Shown: positions 1-13,196 of the stretch, piece after piece | Layout of the letters: each line of letters begins with the position of its first letter | Numbering within the stretch: the first letter of the stretch is position 1 | DNA from: Centroscyllium fabricii | Taxonomy: Eukaryota | Direction of reading: 5' to 3' | Assembly (NCBI GenBank): GCA_051313645.2 | Contig: JBNRSN020000005.1 | Span: forward strand, 248,248,001-248,312,000 | DNA: 64,000 nt | Position numbers and translations under genes: made by a program | The notes under the pieces: model-generated | Seen by the model: the letters and a program-made list of their open reading frames with translations, nothing else | The model's database searches: none | Told to the model about the DNA's origin: nothing

Positions 1-1248
1 CAGGGCACCGCTGGGAAATTTTAAAGTACCGGCCAGGCATTTTGACCATGTCCACATCGATCTCGTCGGGCCACTACCGCCATCCTGGGGCCACACGTAC
101 CTAATGACCATGGTCGACCGCAACACTCGCTGGCCAGAAGCAGTCCCCCTCACCGCCACCGGCACCATGGACTTGGCCAGGGCGTTCATCGCCACCTGGG
201 TCGCCCGCTTCGGCGTGCCCACAGACATCACCTCCGACAGAGGACCCCAATTTACGTCGGCATTATGGGCGGCCATCGCCCGCGACCTCGGGGTAACACT
301 ACACCGAACCACCGCATACCACCCACAGGCGAACGGCCTATGCGAACGGTTCCACCGCTCGATGAAGACATCACTACGGGCCACACTGAAAGACGCATCG
401 TGGACCGACCGCCTTCCATGGGTCCTCCTCGGGCTGCGCTCGGCAGTCAAAGAAGACCTGAACGCCTCGGCAGCGGAGCTCGTCTACGGCCAAACATTAA
501 CGGTGCCGGGCGAGTTCCTGGCTGAGCCCAATGCTCCCTGGTCAGCCGACCAGTATTTAAAAGATTTCGCCAACCCGGCACGAGCTTTCCAGCCACTACC
601 AGTGGCCCGGCACGGAGAGCCGGCAGCTCGGGTACCTGACAACATTAAAAATGCGAAATTCGTGTTCGTCCGGCGCGACGGACACCGATCTCCACTACAG
701 CCACCTTACGATGGCCCCTACAGAGTGCTTTGGGCGGGAGCTAAAGCTTTCGAGTTACAAATGGGCAGCAGGACTGACACTGTGACAATAGACCGGCTCA
801 AGCCGGCACACGTGATAGCGGGCGAGACTACGGTCCCCGCACAACCACCACAACGCGGTCGCCCTCCCACAACAAAACCCGCCCACACTCCACCGCAGAA
901 CCAAAGGCTACAAGCAACACGGTCCGGCCGCATTATCCGGCCACCCCAACGGCATACATAGACACTGTCACTATTCCACCCGGACGGATTCTGGGGGGAG
1001 CTGTGTGGTGGCACGCCCACTGGGACATCGAATCCGCCACGGGGACTCTGCGGAGCAAAGCCCTGCTCATCCGGGTGACGCGACGACATCACCACGTCGG
1101 CCGACGCGATGATGTCACCAACCGCGGGACCGTTTAAATATGCCTGTCTCGAGTGGTTCACTCTCTTTCTTGTTTTGACTTAGTGTAATAAAGCTGTGTT
1201 TTCTCTAGCTCTGGCTCACGTGTGATTCCTAGGCCTGCCGGCGCTACA
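1..1248 (+). mobile_element. Ty3/Gypsy LTR retrotransposon family A, copy A1 (3' part: integrase, PPT, 3' LTR 1004-1248)
   Basis: ORF 104-961 has integrase motifs ([26 protein letters not shown]). The PPT GGGGGGAG is followed by an LTR TGTGG...CTACA with AATAAA. Nearly identical to 41089-42334. Confidence 0.95.
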
Positions 1249-3821
1249 ATATCTTGTACCGGCCCGGGAAATTCAATGAGCCCCCAGATGCCCTATCACG
1301 CGGTACATGTGCCAGTGCACAAGTAGACCATCTCCAAACCCTGCACAATGTAATCTTTATCAATGACTTGGAGGAGGGGACTGAGGGGTGGGTCAGCAAA
1401 TTTGCGGATGACACAAAGATTGGGGGAGTAGTGGATGAGGAGGAAGGAAGTAGAAAGATTCAGAGGGATATAGATAGGATGCAGAGCTGGGCTGAAGAAT
1501 GGCAAATGGAGTTCAACACGGGGAAATGCGAGGTGATGCACTTCGGTAGGGCAAATAGGAAGAGGGAATATAGGGTCAACGGCAGGGTCCTGAGTGAAGC
1601 AGAGGAGCAAAGGGATCTGGGAGTATATGTACACAGATCATTGAAGGCTGCCACCCAGGTGGACAAGGCAGTAAAAAAGGCCTATGGTGTATTGGCCTTC
1701 ATCAACAGGGGAATAGAGTTTAAGAACCGGGAGGTCATGCTACAGCTGTACAGATCACTGGTGAGACCACACTTGGAGTACTGTGTGCAGTTCTGGGCAC
1801 CGTACTACAGGAGGGATGTGGAGGCGCTGGAGAGGGTGCAGAGGAGATTCACCAGGATGCTGCCGGAAATGGGGGGAAAGTCGTACGAGGAGAGGTTGAG
1901 GGAGCTGGGACTCTTCTCCCTGGAACGGAGAAGGAAGAGGAGGGACTTAATAGAGATGTTTAAAATGATGAAGGGGATCGATAGAGTAAACGTGCAGAGA
2001 CTGTTTCCCCGGGTGGGAAGAACGACAACAAGAGGGCACGAGCACAACATTCAAGGAGGAAGATTCAGCAAGTTCTTTATGCAGAGAGTGGTCGGGGAAT
2101 GGAATAGGCTACCATCTGAAATAGTGGATGTGGACAGTCTGGGGGCTTTTAAAAGGATGATAGATAGGTACATGGAGGGGAAGGAAGAGTAGGGGGGACA
2201 GGACTAAGCGCGGCACTACATTGAGGGCCCAAGGGCCTGTACAGTGCTGTATGTTCTATGTTCTATGTTCTATGTAATGACCTCTGCCACCCGGGGGTCA
2301 CCAGGTTGGTCCACTTTGTTAAGCCCTGCAACCTCCCCTACTCCATCGAGGAAGTCAAGACCATGACCAGGAACTGCCAGGTCTGTGCGGAGTGCAAGCC
2401 GCACTTCTTTCGGCCAGACCGGGCGCACCTGATCAAGGCCACCCGCCCCTTTGAGCGACTCAGCGGCGATTTTAAAGGGCTCCTTCCCTCGACCAACAGA
2501 AATGTGTACTTTCTTAACGTCATCGACGAGTACTCGCGTTTCCCCTTCGCCATCCCCTGCCCGGACATGACCACTGCCACCGTCATTAAGGCCCTCAACA
2601 GCATTTTCTCCCTGTTCGGCTACCCCAGCTACATCCATAGCGACCGGGGGCCTCTTTCATGAGTGACGAGTTGCGTCAGTTTCTGCTAGCGAAAGGCATC
2701 GCTACTAGCAGGTCTACCAGCTACAACCCCCGGGGGAACGGACAGGTAGAGAGGGAGAACGCCACCGTCTGGAAGGCCATCCTCTTAGCCCTACGGTCTA
2801 AAGGCCTCCCAGTCTCCCGCTGGCAGGACGTCCTCCCCGAAGTGCTCCACTCCATCCGGTCACTCCTTTGTACGGCCACTAACGCCACCCCTCACGAGCG
2901 ACTTTTTGCCTTCCCTAGGAAGTCGGCTTCCGGGATCTCGCTGCCGTCATGGCTATCGTCCCCCGGGCCAGTCCTACTCCGGAAGCACGTGAGGGGCCAC
3001 AAGTCAGACCCCCTGGTCGAACGGGTCCACCTCCTGCACGCCAATCCCCAGTACGTCTACGTGGCATACCCCGACGGAAGGGAGGACACAGTGTCCATCA
3101 AGGTCCTGGCACCGGCGGGTGCCCCCGAGACCAGCCCTGCCCAACAGCCCGCGCCCTCGCCACCCCACCCGGACCACCGGCACCAAGGTACGCCGCCCAG
3201 TACGAGACTCCGGCACCACGGTACGTCCACCCGGCACCTGCAGGCAGCACGGCATGGCCCCCGGCATTGCTCCACAGTGCACACGCCCAAGAGTCAGACG
3301 ATGAGGGAGAGAGCGCACCGCTAACCGTCACCACAAGGGCACCGACGAGGCACCAAACGCCCCCGCCGATCTCGCTACGACTACCGCAACCGACTACATC
3401 ATGTCCGCCGACACCACCACCAGCGGTGCGCCAGTCATCCAGGCTAACCAGGCCGCCCAAAAGACTGAACCTGTAATTTAAAAGAACTGTCGCATTCACC
3501 CCGCCGGACTTTCATTTTAAAGAAGGGGTGAATGTGGTAAACCACTCTTTATGTATATATCTGTATATTACTGTAACCTACTGTAACCACCCTTAAACCA
3601 TGTTGTATTATAGTTCTTTGGGTGTGATCACCTGGACATGCCCATGCTGGCCCCGCCTGTGACTCCTCCCTCCCAGGACCAGGTACTTAAGCGGCCATCT
3701 CCCTTCCCCCGGCCATTCCTGGGGATGGTCGACTAGCTGGTGCATGTCGACCTTTAGCTAATAAAAGCCGATTGTTTTCACCTCTTAATAACTCGTCTCC
3801 GAGGTCGTTAATTCGGTAACA
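1249..3821 (+). mobile_element. Ty3/Gypsy family B, copy B1 (RNase H end, integrase, 3' LTR ~3533-3821), interrupted by CR1
   Basis: YRPGKFNEPPDALSR precedes the CR1 insert and resumes as DLCHPGVTRL...CQVC...IHSDRG...NPRGNGQVER. The PPT AAAGAAGGGG precedes the LTR TGTGGTAAACC. The LTR 3' end is approximate. Confidence 0.9.
1351..2275 (+). mobile_element. 5'-truncated CR1 LINE (RT C-terminus and tail)
   Basis: [11 protein letters not shown] and RPHLEYCVQFW motifs, (TATGTTC)n tail, AATG TSD at 1347-1350 and 2276-2279. Confidence 0.93.
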
Positions 3822-4129
3822 ATTAGCAAATACTCCTGCGAGAATATTGGACCCATTCCCATTGAGGTGCAACCCATCTGGCTTGTAAAGGTCCCACCTC
3901 CCCAGAAACTGTTCCAATTACTCAAGAATCTAAAGCCCTCTCTCCTAAACCATCTCTCCAGCCACGCATTCATCTGCTCTATCTTCCTATATCTGTACTC
4001 ACTAGTACGTGGCACTGGTAGTAATCCAGAGATTACTACCTTTGAGGCCCTGCTTTTTAACCTCTTTCCTAGCTCCCTAAACTCTGCCTGCAGGACCTCA
4101 TCCCTCTTCCTACCTATGTCGTTGGTACG
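3822..4129 (-). mobile_element. CR1 ORF1 fragment (SGNH esterase-like)
   Basis: Frameshifted translation TNDIGRK...VVISGLLPVPR...MNAWLERW...DGLHLN, typical of the CR1 ORF1 esterase. Confidence 0.85.
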
Positions 4130-7052
4130 CACTTACCGTAATTTTAAACTGTACTTTCTCCCACAGTTGCGCACCCCAGTATTACTGGGAATAGATTTCT
4201 AGTGTCACCTGAAGAGTGTGACGATGGAATACGGTGGGTCCCTGGCCCCCTCACCATCAGTAGCCGGGACGGTCCCGACCTAACGCGGCGCTCGACTTCC
4301 GGCCTGTCCACACTGAAAGTCGACCCCCCCTCACTGTTCGCCAACCTCGACCCCAAGTGCAAACCCATTGCAACCAAAAGTCGGCGGTACAGTGCAGGGG
4401 ACTGGGCGTTTATCAGGTCGGAGATCGAGCGCCTGCTAAAGGAAGGGATCATTGAGGCCAGCACCAGCCCCTGGAGGGCCCAGGTCGTGATGGTTAAGAC
4501 AGGTGAGAAACTGCGCATGGTCATAGACTATAGCCAGACGATTAACCGTTACACCGGGCTCGACGCCTACCCACTCCCCCGCATCTCGGATATGGTAAAC
4601 CAGATCACCCTGTACAAGGTCTTCTCCACGATTGACCTCAAGTCGGCATATCCCCAGCTCCCCATCCGGAATTCCGACTGCTGGTACACCGCCTTCGAGG
4701 CGAACGACCTGCTCTACCACTTCCTCCGGGTCCCCTTCGGCATGACCAAATGAGTGTCGGTCTTCCAACGGGAGATGGACCGGATGGTTGACCAAAACGA
4801 GTTGCAGGCCACTTTCCCCTCTCTGGACAACGTGATCATCTGCGGCCATGACCAGCAGGACCACGATGCCAACCTCGGTAATTCCTTCACACGGCCAAAC
4901 GGCTGAACCTGATGTATAATAAGGACAAGAGCGTCTTTAGTATGGACCGGCTCGCCATCCTCGGCTACGTGGTGGAAAACGGGGTCCTCGGCCCCGATCC
5001 CCAACGTATGCGTCCCCTGCAGGAGCTGCCCTTACCTCACAATCACAAAGCCCTGAAGAGATGCCTGGGTTTTTCTCCTATTATGCACAATGGGTTCCCC
5101 AGTATGTGGATAAGGCCAGACCTCTCCTCAAGGCCGACGTCTTCCCACTCCCTGCAGAAGCCCAAACGGCATTCTCCCAGATCAAGGAAGACATCATCAA
5201 GGCGACAATGCACGCCGTTGATGAGTCCATCCGCTTCCAGGTGGAAAGCGACGCATCGGACTTTGCCCTCGCCACCACCCTCAACCAGGCGGGCAGGCCC
5301 ATAGCGTTCTTCTCCCGGATCCTACAGGGACCCGAAATTCGCCACTCCGCAGTGGAAAAGGAGGCCCAGGCTATTGTGGAGGCAGTGCGCTACTGGCGCC
5401 ACTATCTGGCTGGTAAGAGATTTACCCTGCTCACCGACCAACGGTCGGTGGTGTTTATGTTTAACACTAAACAGCGGGGTAAAATTAAGAATGATAAGAT
5501 CCTTCGGTGGCGGATCGAACTCTCGACTTACGAGTACGACATTCTTTACCGGCCAGGTAAGCTCAACGAGCCCCGGACGCCCTGTCCAGGGGAACGTGCG
5601 CCAGCGCCCAGCTTGACCGGCTGCAGGACCTCCACGATCGCCTCTGCCACCCGGGTGTCACCAGACCCGCCCACTTTGTGAAGTCCCGTAGCCTCCCCTA
5701 CTCCATCTCAAGGCTATGACCAAAGAGTGCCCTGTCTGCGCTGAAAGCAAACCCCAATTTTACAGGCCAGACAGGGCGTACATCATCAAGGCCACCCCCT
5801 CCTTCGAGTGCCTCAGTGTGGACTTCAAAGGTCCCCTCCCCTCCACGGACCGCAACTCGTATTTCCTCACGGTCATCGACGAGTTCTCGCGCTTCCCCTT
5901 TGCCTTCTCCTGCCCAGATATGATGAGTGCAATGGTGATCAAACACTTCACCACGCTGTTCACCATTTTCGGTCTCCCCAGCTACATCCACAGCGACCAG
6001 GGGTCATCGTTCATGAGCGATGAGCTGCGTCAGTTTCTGCTCCAGAAGGGGATTGCCTCGAGCAGAACGACCAGTTACAACCCCCGGGGGAACGGCCTGG
6101 TAGAAAGGGAGAACGGGATGATCTGGAAGGCAGTCACCCTGGCCCTGAAGTCCAGAGGCCTTCCAGTCTCCCGTTGGCAGCAGGTCCTCCCCGACACGCT
6201 CCATTCCATCCGCTCTCTGCTGTGTACCACTACCAATGCCACACCTCAGGAACAATTGTTTTTTTTCCCCAGGAAATCGACCTCGGGGACAGCACTCCCG
6301 CTGTGACTGACCACCCCGGGGCCAGTCTTGCTTAGGAAGCACGTCCGTGGCCACAAGACGGACCCCCTGGTGGAACGGGTGCACCTGCTCCACGCCAATC
6401 CGCAATATGCGTATGTGGCATACCCGGACGGGCGCAACAACACAGTCTCAATCAGGGACCTAGTGCCCGCTGGGACCACGATCACAGAACCCCCAGTTGA
6501 GCCTCAGCTCGACCAGCCACCACCCACCGAACACTGGCCCCCATACACACACACACCGGGGCCCTCGACATCAACGGCCGACAACCAGTGGTCGGACATC
6601 GCACCGCCGCCGCCATTGGCGGACGACACGACCCCGACCCCGCGACCAGAACCACCATCAACGGCACCCCGTCAGTCCCTCAGGCAGACAGGGCCACCCG
6701 AGAGGCTGATCACAGAATGCTAAATTGCCAACTGTGTTAGTGCATGTTCACCCCGCCGGACTCATTTTTAAAGAAGGGGTGAATGTGGTAAACCTGTATT
6801 TCACCACTGTATTGTACCACTGTAATGGTACCATAATGCACCACTGCACATATGTATATATCGGTATACAGGAGCCTGCCTCAGCTGACCCACCTCTGAC
6901 TCCTCCCCTGAGTCCAGGTATATAGGTAATTGCTTGCCATCCCCCGGTCAGTACAGACCCGAGCTCAGCTGAGACACGCTCCATTCTGTAGTTAATAAAA
7001 GCCTTTAGTTGAGGTAACTATTCGTCTTTGTGTCATAATTGACGATACGTCA
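4130..7052 (+). mobile_element. Ty3/Gypsy family B, copy B2 (decayed pol and 3' LTR 6784-7052; no gag or 5' LTR)
   Basis: Protease end VLLGIDF; RT (SPWRAQVV, IDLKSAY, VPFGM, LDNV); RNase H (ESDASD, EKEAQAI); integrase. PPT, then LTR TGTGGTAAACC...CGTCA with AATAAA. Confidence 0.92.
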
Positions 7053-8119
7053 GTAACCAAAGCTGGGAACTGAATGTTCCAGGGTACTCAACATTTAGGA
7101 AGGACAGACAAAAAGGAAAAGGAGATGGTGTAGCGCTGTTAATAAAGGATGAGATCGGTACGGTAGAGATAAAAGATCTTGGCTCGGCAGATCATGATGT
7201 AGAACTGGAATCAGATTGGGTGGAGCTAAGGAACAGCAAAGGGCGGAAAACATTGGTGGGAGTTGTGTATAGGCCACCAAACAGTAATGGTAATGTAGGG
7301 CACAGTATCAATCAAGAAATTAGAAGTGCATGTAACAAGGGCAATACGGTAATCATGGGAGACTTTAATCTACATATTGACTGGGCAAATCAAATTACCA
7401 CTAGTGGGGCAGAGGATGAATTATTGGAAACCATACGAGATGGTTTCCTGGATCAGTATGTGGAGGAATCAACCAGGGAACAGGCTATTCTGGATCTGGT
7501 ACTGTGTAATGAGAAAGGGCTAATCAATAATCTTTTGGTAAAGGAGCGTTTAGGGACAAGTGACCATAATATGATTGAATTTTACATTAAGTTTGAGAGT
7601 GATGTAGGCCAATCTGAAACTAAGGTCTTTAATCTAAACAGAGGAAACTACAAGGGTATGAGGGACAAGTTGGCCATGGTGGATTGGGAGACTACACTAA
7701 AAGGTATGAAGGTGGACATACAATGGCTAACGTTCAAGAGAATAACGCATCACCTGCAGCAAACATATATTCCTCTAGGACATAAAAACCCAAAAGGAAA
7801 AGTGATCCAACTATGGCTAACAAAATAAATTAAAGCTAGAATTAAATCAAAGGAGTTGGCTTATAAAGTTGCCAGAAAAAGCAGTCAGCCTGAGGATTGG
7901 GATCTTTTTAGAAATCAGCAAAGGGGGACCAAGTAATTGATAAAGAAAGGGAAAATGGAATATGAGCACAAACTAGTGAAAAACATAAAAAGGGATTGTA
8001 AAAGCTTCTATAGGTATGTGAAAAGGAAAAGAGTGGTGAAGATAAATGTAGGTCCTTTACAGTCAGAGACGGGAGAATATATTATGGGGAATGAGGAAAT
8101 GGCAGAGAAATTAAATAAA

Positions 8120-8210
8120 TCCCTCTCTCCACGGATGCTGCCTGGCCTGCTGAGTTTTTCCAGCATTTTCCGTTATTTCAGATTTCCAGCATCCACAATA
8201 TTTTGCTATT
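8120..8210 (+). mobile_element. Short 3' fragment of a Penelope-like element inserted in CR1
   Basis: CTCTCTCCACGGATGCTGCCTGGCCTGCTGAG matches 36303-36334 and is flanked by an AAATTAA(A/T)TAA duplication. Confidence 0.7.
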
Positions 8211-8231
8211 AAATTAATTAATAAATACTTT

Positions 8232-8992
8232 GGGGGATAAATTTGGTTGTGCACGTTTATTGGTGGTAACCTAGACGCAGCGCTACTTTTAGCGCCTGCC
8301 TTCCGCTGGCGCCGTTACCGCTGATATTCGGTTGTAGCGCCCATAGTTGGAGGTCAGGCGCTACTACAGGCGCCCGACCTCATTCTTTAGGCGCTACAGC
8401 CGAAGTTCCGGTGAAAGCGACAGGCAGCACAGAGCGCCGCGCCGCGGTACTGCAGGCCTTCCTCCCCGATCAAAGGAGAGGGGCCTAGCGTGGTTTCGGC
8501 CGGAGCCCCGCGGGGCTGCCGTGGGATGCCATGATGCCGAAGGAGCCCGGCACTCGAGGGAAATGCCGGGCTCAGTGAACAGAGGCATCACACCGCGGGG
8601 GGGGGGGGGGCGGTGGGGTGGAGGCAGCAGAGGGGAAGGTGCTGGCAGTTGGCCAGCAACAAAAAGTGCCGCCCGGCACCCTCCCCTTTAAGCAGCGCGC
8701 CCCCGCTGCAGTAACGACAGGCTGAAGTTGTCGCGGGCAGCGACCGCCCGAAAGTCAGTGGGCGCTACTCAATTTCGATCCCTTGGGCGCAAGACGGTTG
8801 CTGCGCGCTCTTATGATGTCATCCCCGGCAGGAACAGTGTCTAATGTTCAGCGGGGCACTACCGGCTACCGCCCACGTCAGCGCCCCACTGAATATCACG
8901 GGAGGCGCGAGCCCAGGTGCTAAGTGCCTTCTGCCCCATTAGCGCCCTCTAAGGGTGCTAACGGCAGGCACAAGCCACTGAGTTTATCCCCC
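8232..8992. mobile_element. PIF/Harbinger-type GC-rich MITE
   Basis: Ends GGGGGATAAA...TTTATCCCCC. Close copy of 18902-19658. Interrupts CR1. Confidence 0.85.
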
Positions 8993-9279
8993 TAAATTTC
9001 TGTCTTCACGGAGGAAGACACAATAAACCTCCCAGAAATATGAGAAAACCAAGGGTGTGACAAGATTGAGGAAGTTTAAAAAATTATTATTAGTTAAAGA
9101 TTTAATGGGACTAAAAGTCGACAAATTCCAAGGACCAGATGACCTACATCCTAGGGTTTTGAAAGATGTGGCCATTGGAATAGTGGACGCATTGGTTGTC
9201 ATCTTCCAAAATTCTATAGATTCTGGAAAAGTTCCTGCAGATTGGAGGATAACCAATGTAATCCCGCTATTTAAGAAAG

Positions 9280-9534
9280 TGTTGAGGCTGCTAGCGGACA
9301 TGAGTAGAGGCCGAGACCGAATGGGTTAAACACAACTTGTTTTAATCACATCGCGTAACAATATACAGGTGAGGCTGCGTCATGACGTCAGCATGTGAGC
9401 GGGTATGGCTGCGTGATGACGTCAGCGCGTCAGCAGCCGAGCTCTGAGCGAGCAGAGTCTTGCAGGCGTGGTGCCTGGTAAAGTGTCTGTGGACGACGGA
9501 GTGGATTCGCCCGTTTAGGTGGCGACCTGCCACA
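9280..9534 (-). mobile_element. Solo LTR
   Basis: TG...CA ends, AAAG TSD (9276-79, 9535-38), ATTAAA on the minus strand, two TGACGTCA. Interrupts CR1 at FKK|GG. Confidence 0.88.
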
Positions 9535-11025
9535 AAAGGAGGGGGAGAGAAAACAGGGAACTACAGACCTGTTAGCCTCGCATCAGTAGTTGGGGAAATG
9601 CTGGAATCTATTATAAAGGATGCAATAACTGGGCACTTAGAAACTAATAGTAAGATTGGGCAGCGTTAACATGGATTTATGAAAGGGAAATCCTGTTTGA
9701 CAAACCTATTGGAGTTTTTGAGGATATAACTAGTGGAGTAAACAAAGGGGAACCGGTAGAAAGTGGTGTATCTGGATTTTCAGAAGGCCTTCGATAAGGT
9801 CCCACACAAGAGGTTGGTGAACAAAATTAGGGCACATGGAATTGGGGGTAATATACTAGCAGGGACTGAGAATTGGTTAACAGACAGAAAACAAAAAGTA
9901 GGGAATAACAGGTCTTTTTCAGGATGGCAGGCTGTGACTAGTGGGGTACCACAAGGTGCTTGGGCCCCAGCTATTCACAATCTACATCAATGATTTGGAT
10001 GAGGGGACTAAATGTAACATTTCCAAATTTTCTGATGATACAAAGCTAGGTGGCAGTGTCAGTTGCAAAGAGGATATGAAGAGGCTTCAAGGGGATCTCA
10101 ACAGGCTCAGTGAGTGGGTGAGAACATGGCAGATGGAATATAATGTGGATAAATGTGAAGTTATCCATTTGGGTGGAAAAAAACAGAAAGGCAGACTATT
10201 TCCTTAATGGTGAAAGATTGGGGAATGCAGATGCTCAAAGGGATCTGGGTGTCCTTCTACATGAGTCACTGAAAGTGAATGTGCAGGTGCAGAAAGCCAT
10301 TAGGAAGGCAAATGGTGTGCTGGCCTTCATTTCAAAAGATTTGATTACAGGAGTAAAGAAGTCTTACTTCAATTATATAGGGCCTTGGTGAGACCACACC
10401 TGGTGTACTGTGTAAAATTTCAGTCTCCTTACCTAACGAGGAATATACTTGCCATAGAGGGTGTGCAACGAAGGTTCACGAGATTGATTCCTGGGATGAC
10501 GGGACTGTCGTATGAGAAGAGATTGAGTAAACTAGGCCTGTATTCTCTTGAATTCAGAAGAATGAGAGGGGATCTCATTGAAGCATACAAAATTATTACA
10601 GGGCTTGATAGGGTGGATGCTAGGAGAATGTTTCCCTTAGCTGGGGAGTCTAGAACCAGGGGCCACAGCCTCAAGATAAAGGGTAGGCCATTCAGGACTG
10701 AGATGAGAAGAAATTTCTTCACACAGAGGGTGGTGAATCTTTGGAATTATCTACCCCAGAGGGCTGTGGAGGCTCAGTCATTGGGTATATTCAAAACAGA
10801 AGTCGATAGATTTCTGACTGGTAAGGGCATCAAGGGATATGGCGATAGGTCCGGTGAATGGAGTTAAGGCAGAAGATCAGCCATTATCTCATTGAATGGC
10901 GGTGCAGGCTCGATGGGCTGAATGGCCTACTCCTGCTCCTATTTCTTATGTTCTTATGCTCTTGTGCCGACGTCACTTTTGACTTCTGATGTCACTCTTT
11001 GCAAATTCTGCCGGTGCTGAGTTGG

Positions 11026-11240
11026 TACCGCCGCTGCCGCCTCGCCGCTCCTGCCAGGTTCGCACTGCCGCCGCTGCTGCGGTGGGGCCTACCTGCGCCT
11101 CAGGCTTTCTTTATACCGCCGCTGCCTCGCCGCTCCTCCCAGGTCCGCACTGCCGCCGCTGCTGCGGTGGGGCCTACCTGCGCCTCAGGCTCTCTTTATA
11201 CCGCCGCTGCCTCGCCGCTCCTCCCAGGTCCACACTGCCT
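11026..11240. repeat. GC-rich tandem repeat, ~85-bp unit x ~2.5
   Basis: TACCGCCGCTGCC recurs at 11026, 11114 and 11199. Confidence 0.85.
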
Positions 11241-12015
11241 ACAAAACAACCGTGATTACACTTCAAAAGCAATTAATTGGCTGTGCAGTGCTTTTCAACA
11301 CCCACAGGACAGATAAGATGCTGCATCAAGTTTCTTCTATAAATCCTTATTAATACAGGTCGAATAATTTTCAATGGGGACCTGTGAAGCATAGGATTTA
11401 TTCCACTTGATAATTATCAGATTTTTCTTACTTATGGAATCACACCGTATAATACTTTAGTGTCTTTATTAAAAATAATATACCATGGGATTTCATATGA
11501 ATGAGTATGCTATTTTAACAAAAGCTAAAATATCTCAATGTGATTTCAACCCATTGAATTTATCAGTGAAAATAATGTTTTATTGATGACCATTTGTACA
11601 TCATTAGATTTTGTTGCATTTATTATGCTTGATTTACTTTAATGAGAACTGAAACAAGGACAATATTTTAATCATCAGCAGTAGATAAGAGTTGCCTTTC
11701 ACCAGTCTGCTGATTAGCAAAGAACGTGTTCTGAGTTTGTATAAAATGACTCTGTCTGCTATTTTAATAAGGGCCCTAACCATGTTAAAACGAATGGATT
11801 GAGACTGTGGTTAAAATGGTGGATAGAAAAATGTGATACAAATGTGCTCTCATAATATTCCTTTGTACACTATTTTAATGCAGGTGTTGAAACATTTGCG
11901 GAGTGTGAGATCTACCCCCATGTTCCATAGTTCCCTGTTGATCCATTTGCATACATAATTTAAATGGAATATTATTGTGACAATCTGATGATTTAATTCC
12001 ATTCAAGAATTATTA

Positions 12016-12372
12016 CAGGTACACAATCCCTTAACCGCACATCCGAAAACCGAAAAGCTCCGAAAACCGAAAACCCGAGTTGCACCAAAACTGACCCATT
12101 TTGAAAGCCAATTCAACATAATCCAGTGATAAAAGTAAAATGAAAAAGAAAGTAGAGCTGACCAATGTAAAAAAATGGACCCACGGGTCCAATTCCTCCC
12201 CGAGCCCACAATCTCCTACCGTTTCAGCCTGTGCACTGGGCCGCCAACACGGCAATGCGCATGCGCATGTGATCTGTGCATGCGCACTGGGCACCATTCC
12301 GAAAACCGAAGAAATCAGAAAATCCGAGACCCGTCCGGTCCCAAGGGTTTCGGATAATGGATTGTGTGCCTG
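12016..12372. mobile_element. Tigger/pogo (Tc1-mariner) MITE
   Basis: TIRs CAGGTACACAATCC / GGATTGTGTGCCTG, TA TSD. Same family as 30327-30677. Confidence 0.9.
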
Positions 12373-13196
12373 TACCAAGTTATTAAAACGCTTTGCAAAT
12401 TGATTTGGGAGATTGTCAACTAAAACCTTTAACCCAACTAACATTGATGCATTGAAAATTGCCCCAATGCATGGCACACATATAGCAGCAGAGGCAAAGG
12501 AGAATACTTGAGTAAGGGTGATTGACTGCTTAAAAGCCTTTGACCTAATCAACCACAATATCCTGATGCAGAAACAAAATAATCATGACACTCACCCTGA
12601 CTTACTGGGTCACGACACTCCTGTTACACCATACACAGAGAACTGAAATCTTTACTGGCCATAAAGCGCTTTGGGACGGCCTACGGTCGTGAAAGGCGCT
12701 ATATAAATGCAAGTCTTTCTTTCTTTTACCACGGCGTCCAGATGGGGAAAAAGCCAGCAGTGCGTCCCCACAACATACCAGATGAATTCCCTCTTTTTAA
12801 CAATTGACCACTGACTGTGTTTGGATGATGAAAGAGCCAAAAATGTGGATGATGAAGTGAGTTTTCAAAAGTAGCACTGCTGAAAATGTTACAAAAGCTC
12901 CAGATGATCTTGCTTAATGGACAGGAATATCCCAGGTGAAATTTCTAGTGGGTGTGTGACCGAAGTCCAAAACTATCCATAATTTGACAATAATTTTGGC
13001 TAAATTGACAATCTAATTGAGCTCGGCATGCTTGAGGGCAAACTTGCTGTTCCGCAAGATGGCCTAAGGTTTAATTTAAATATTAAAATGTATGGTGACA
13101 TCAATTTAATGAGGACACGCACATTTCCATGTTTTTATTGTGGGGAGTGCACCGAGTGTTCACTTATCACATCTAAAATGAGCAATGCCTGGTTTA

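Larger units (their letters stand above)
7053..10958 (+). mobile_element. Decayed CR1 LINE ORF2 (endonuclease and RT) with nested insertions
   Basis: VYRPP, MGDFN, SDHNMI (APE); YLDFQKAFDKVPH, FSDDTKLGG (RT); 3' UTR and TTCTTATG tail. Confidence 0.93.

Noticed and set aside
8347-8691. ORF repeated at 19044-19391 as a small gene
   Set aside because: It lies inside a GC-rich MITE, starts at TTG, and the frames diverge after a G run.
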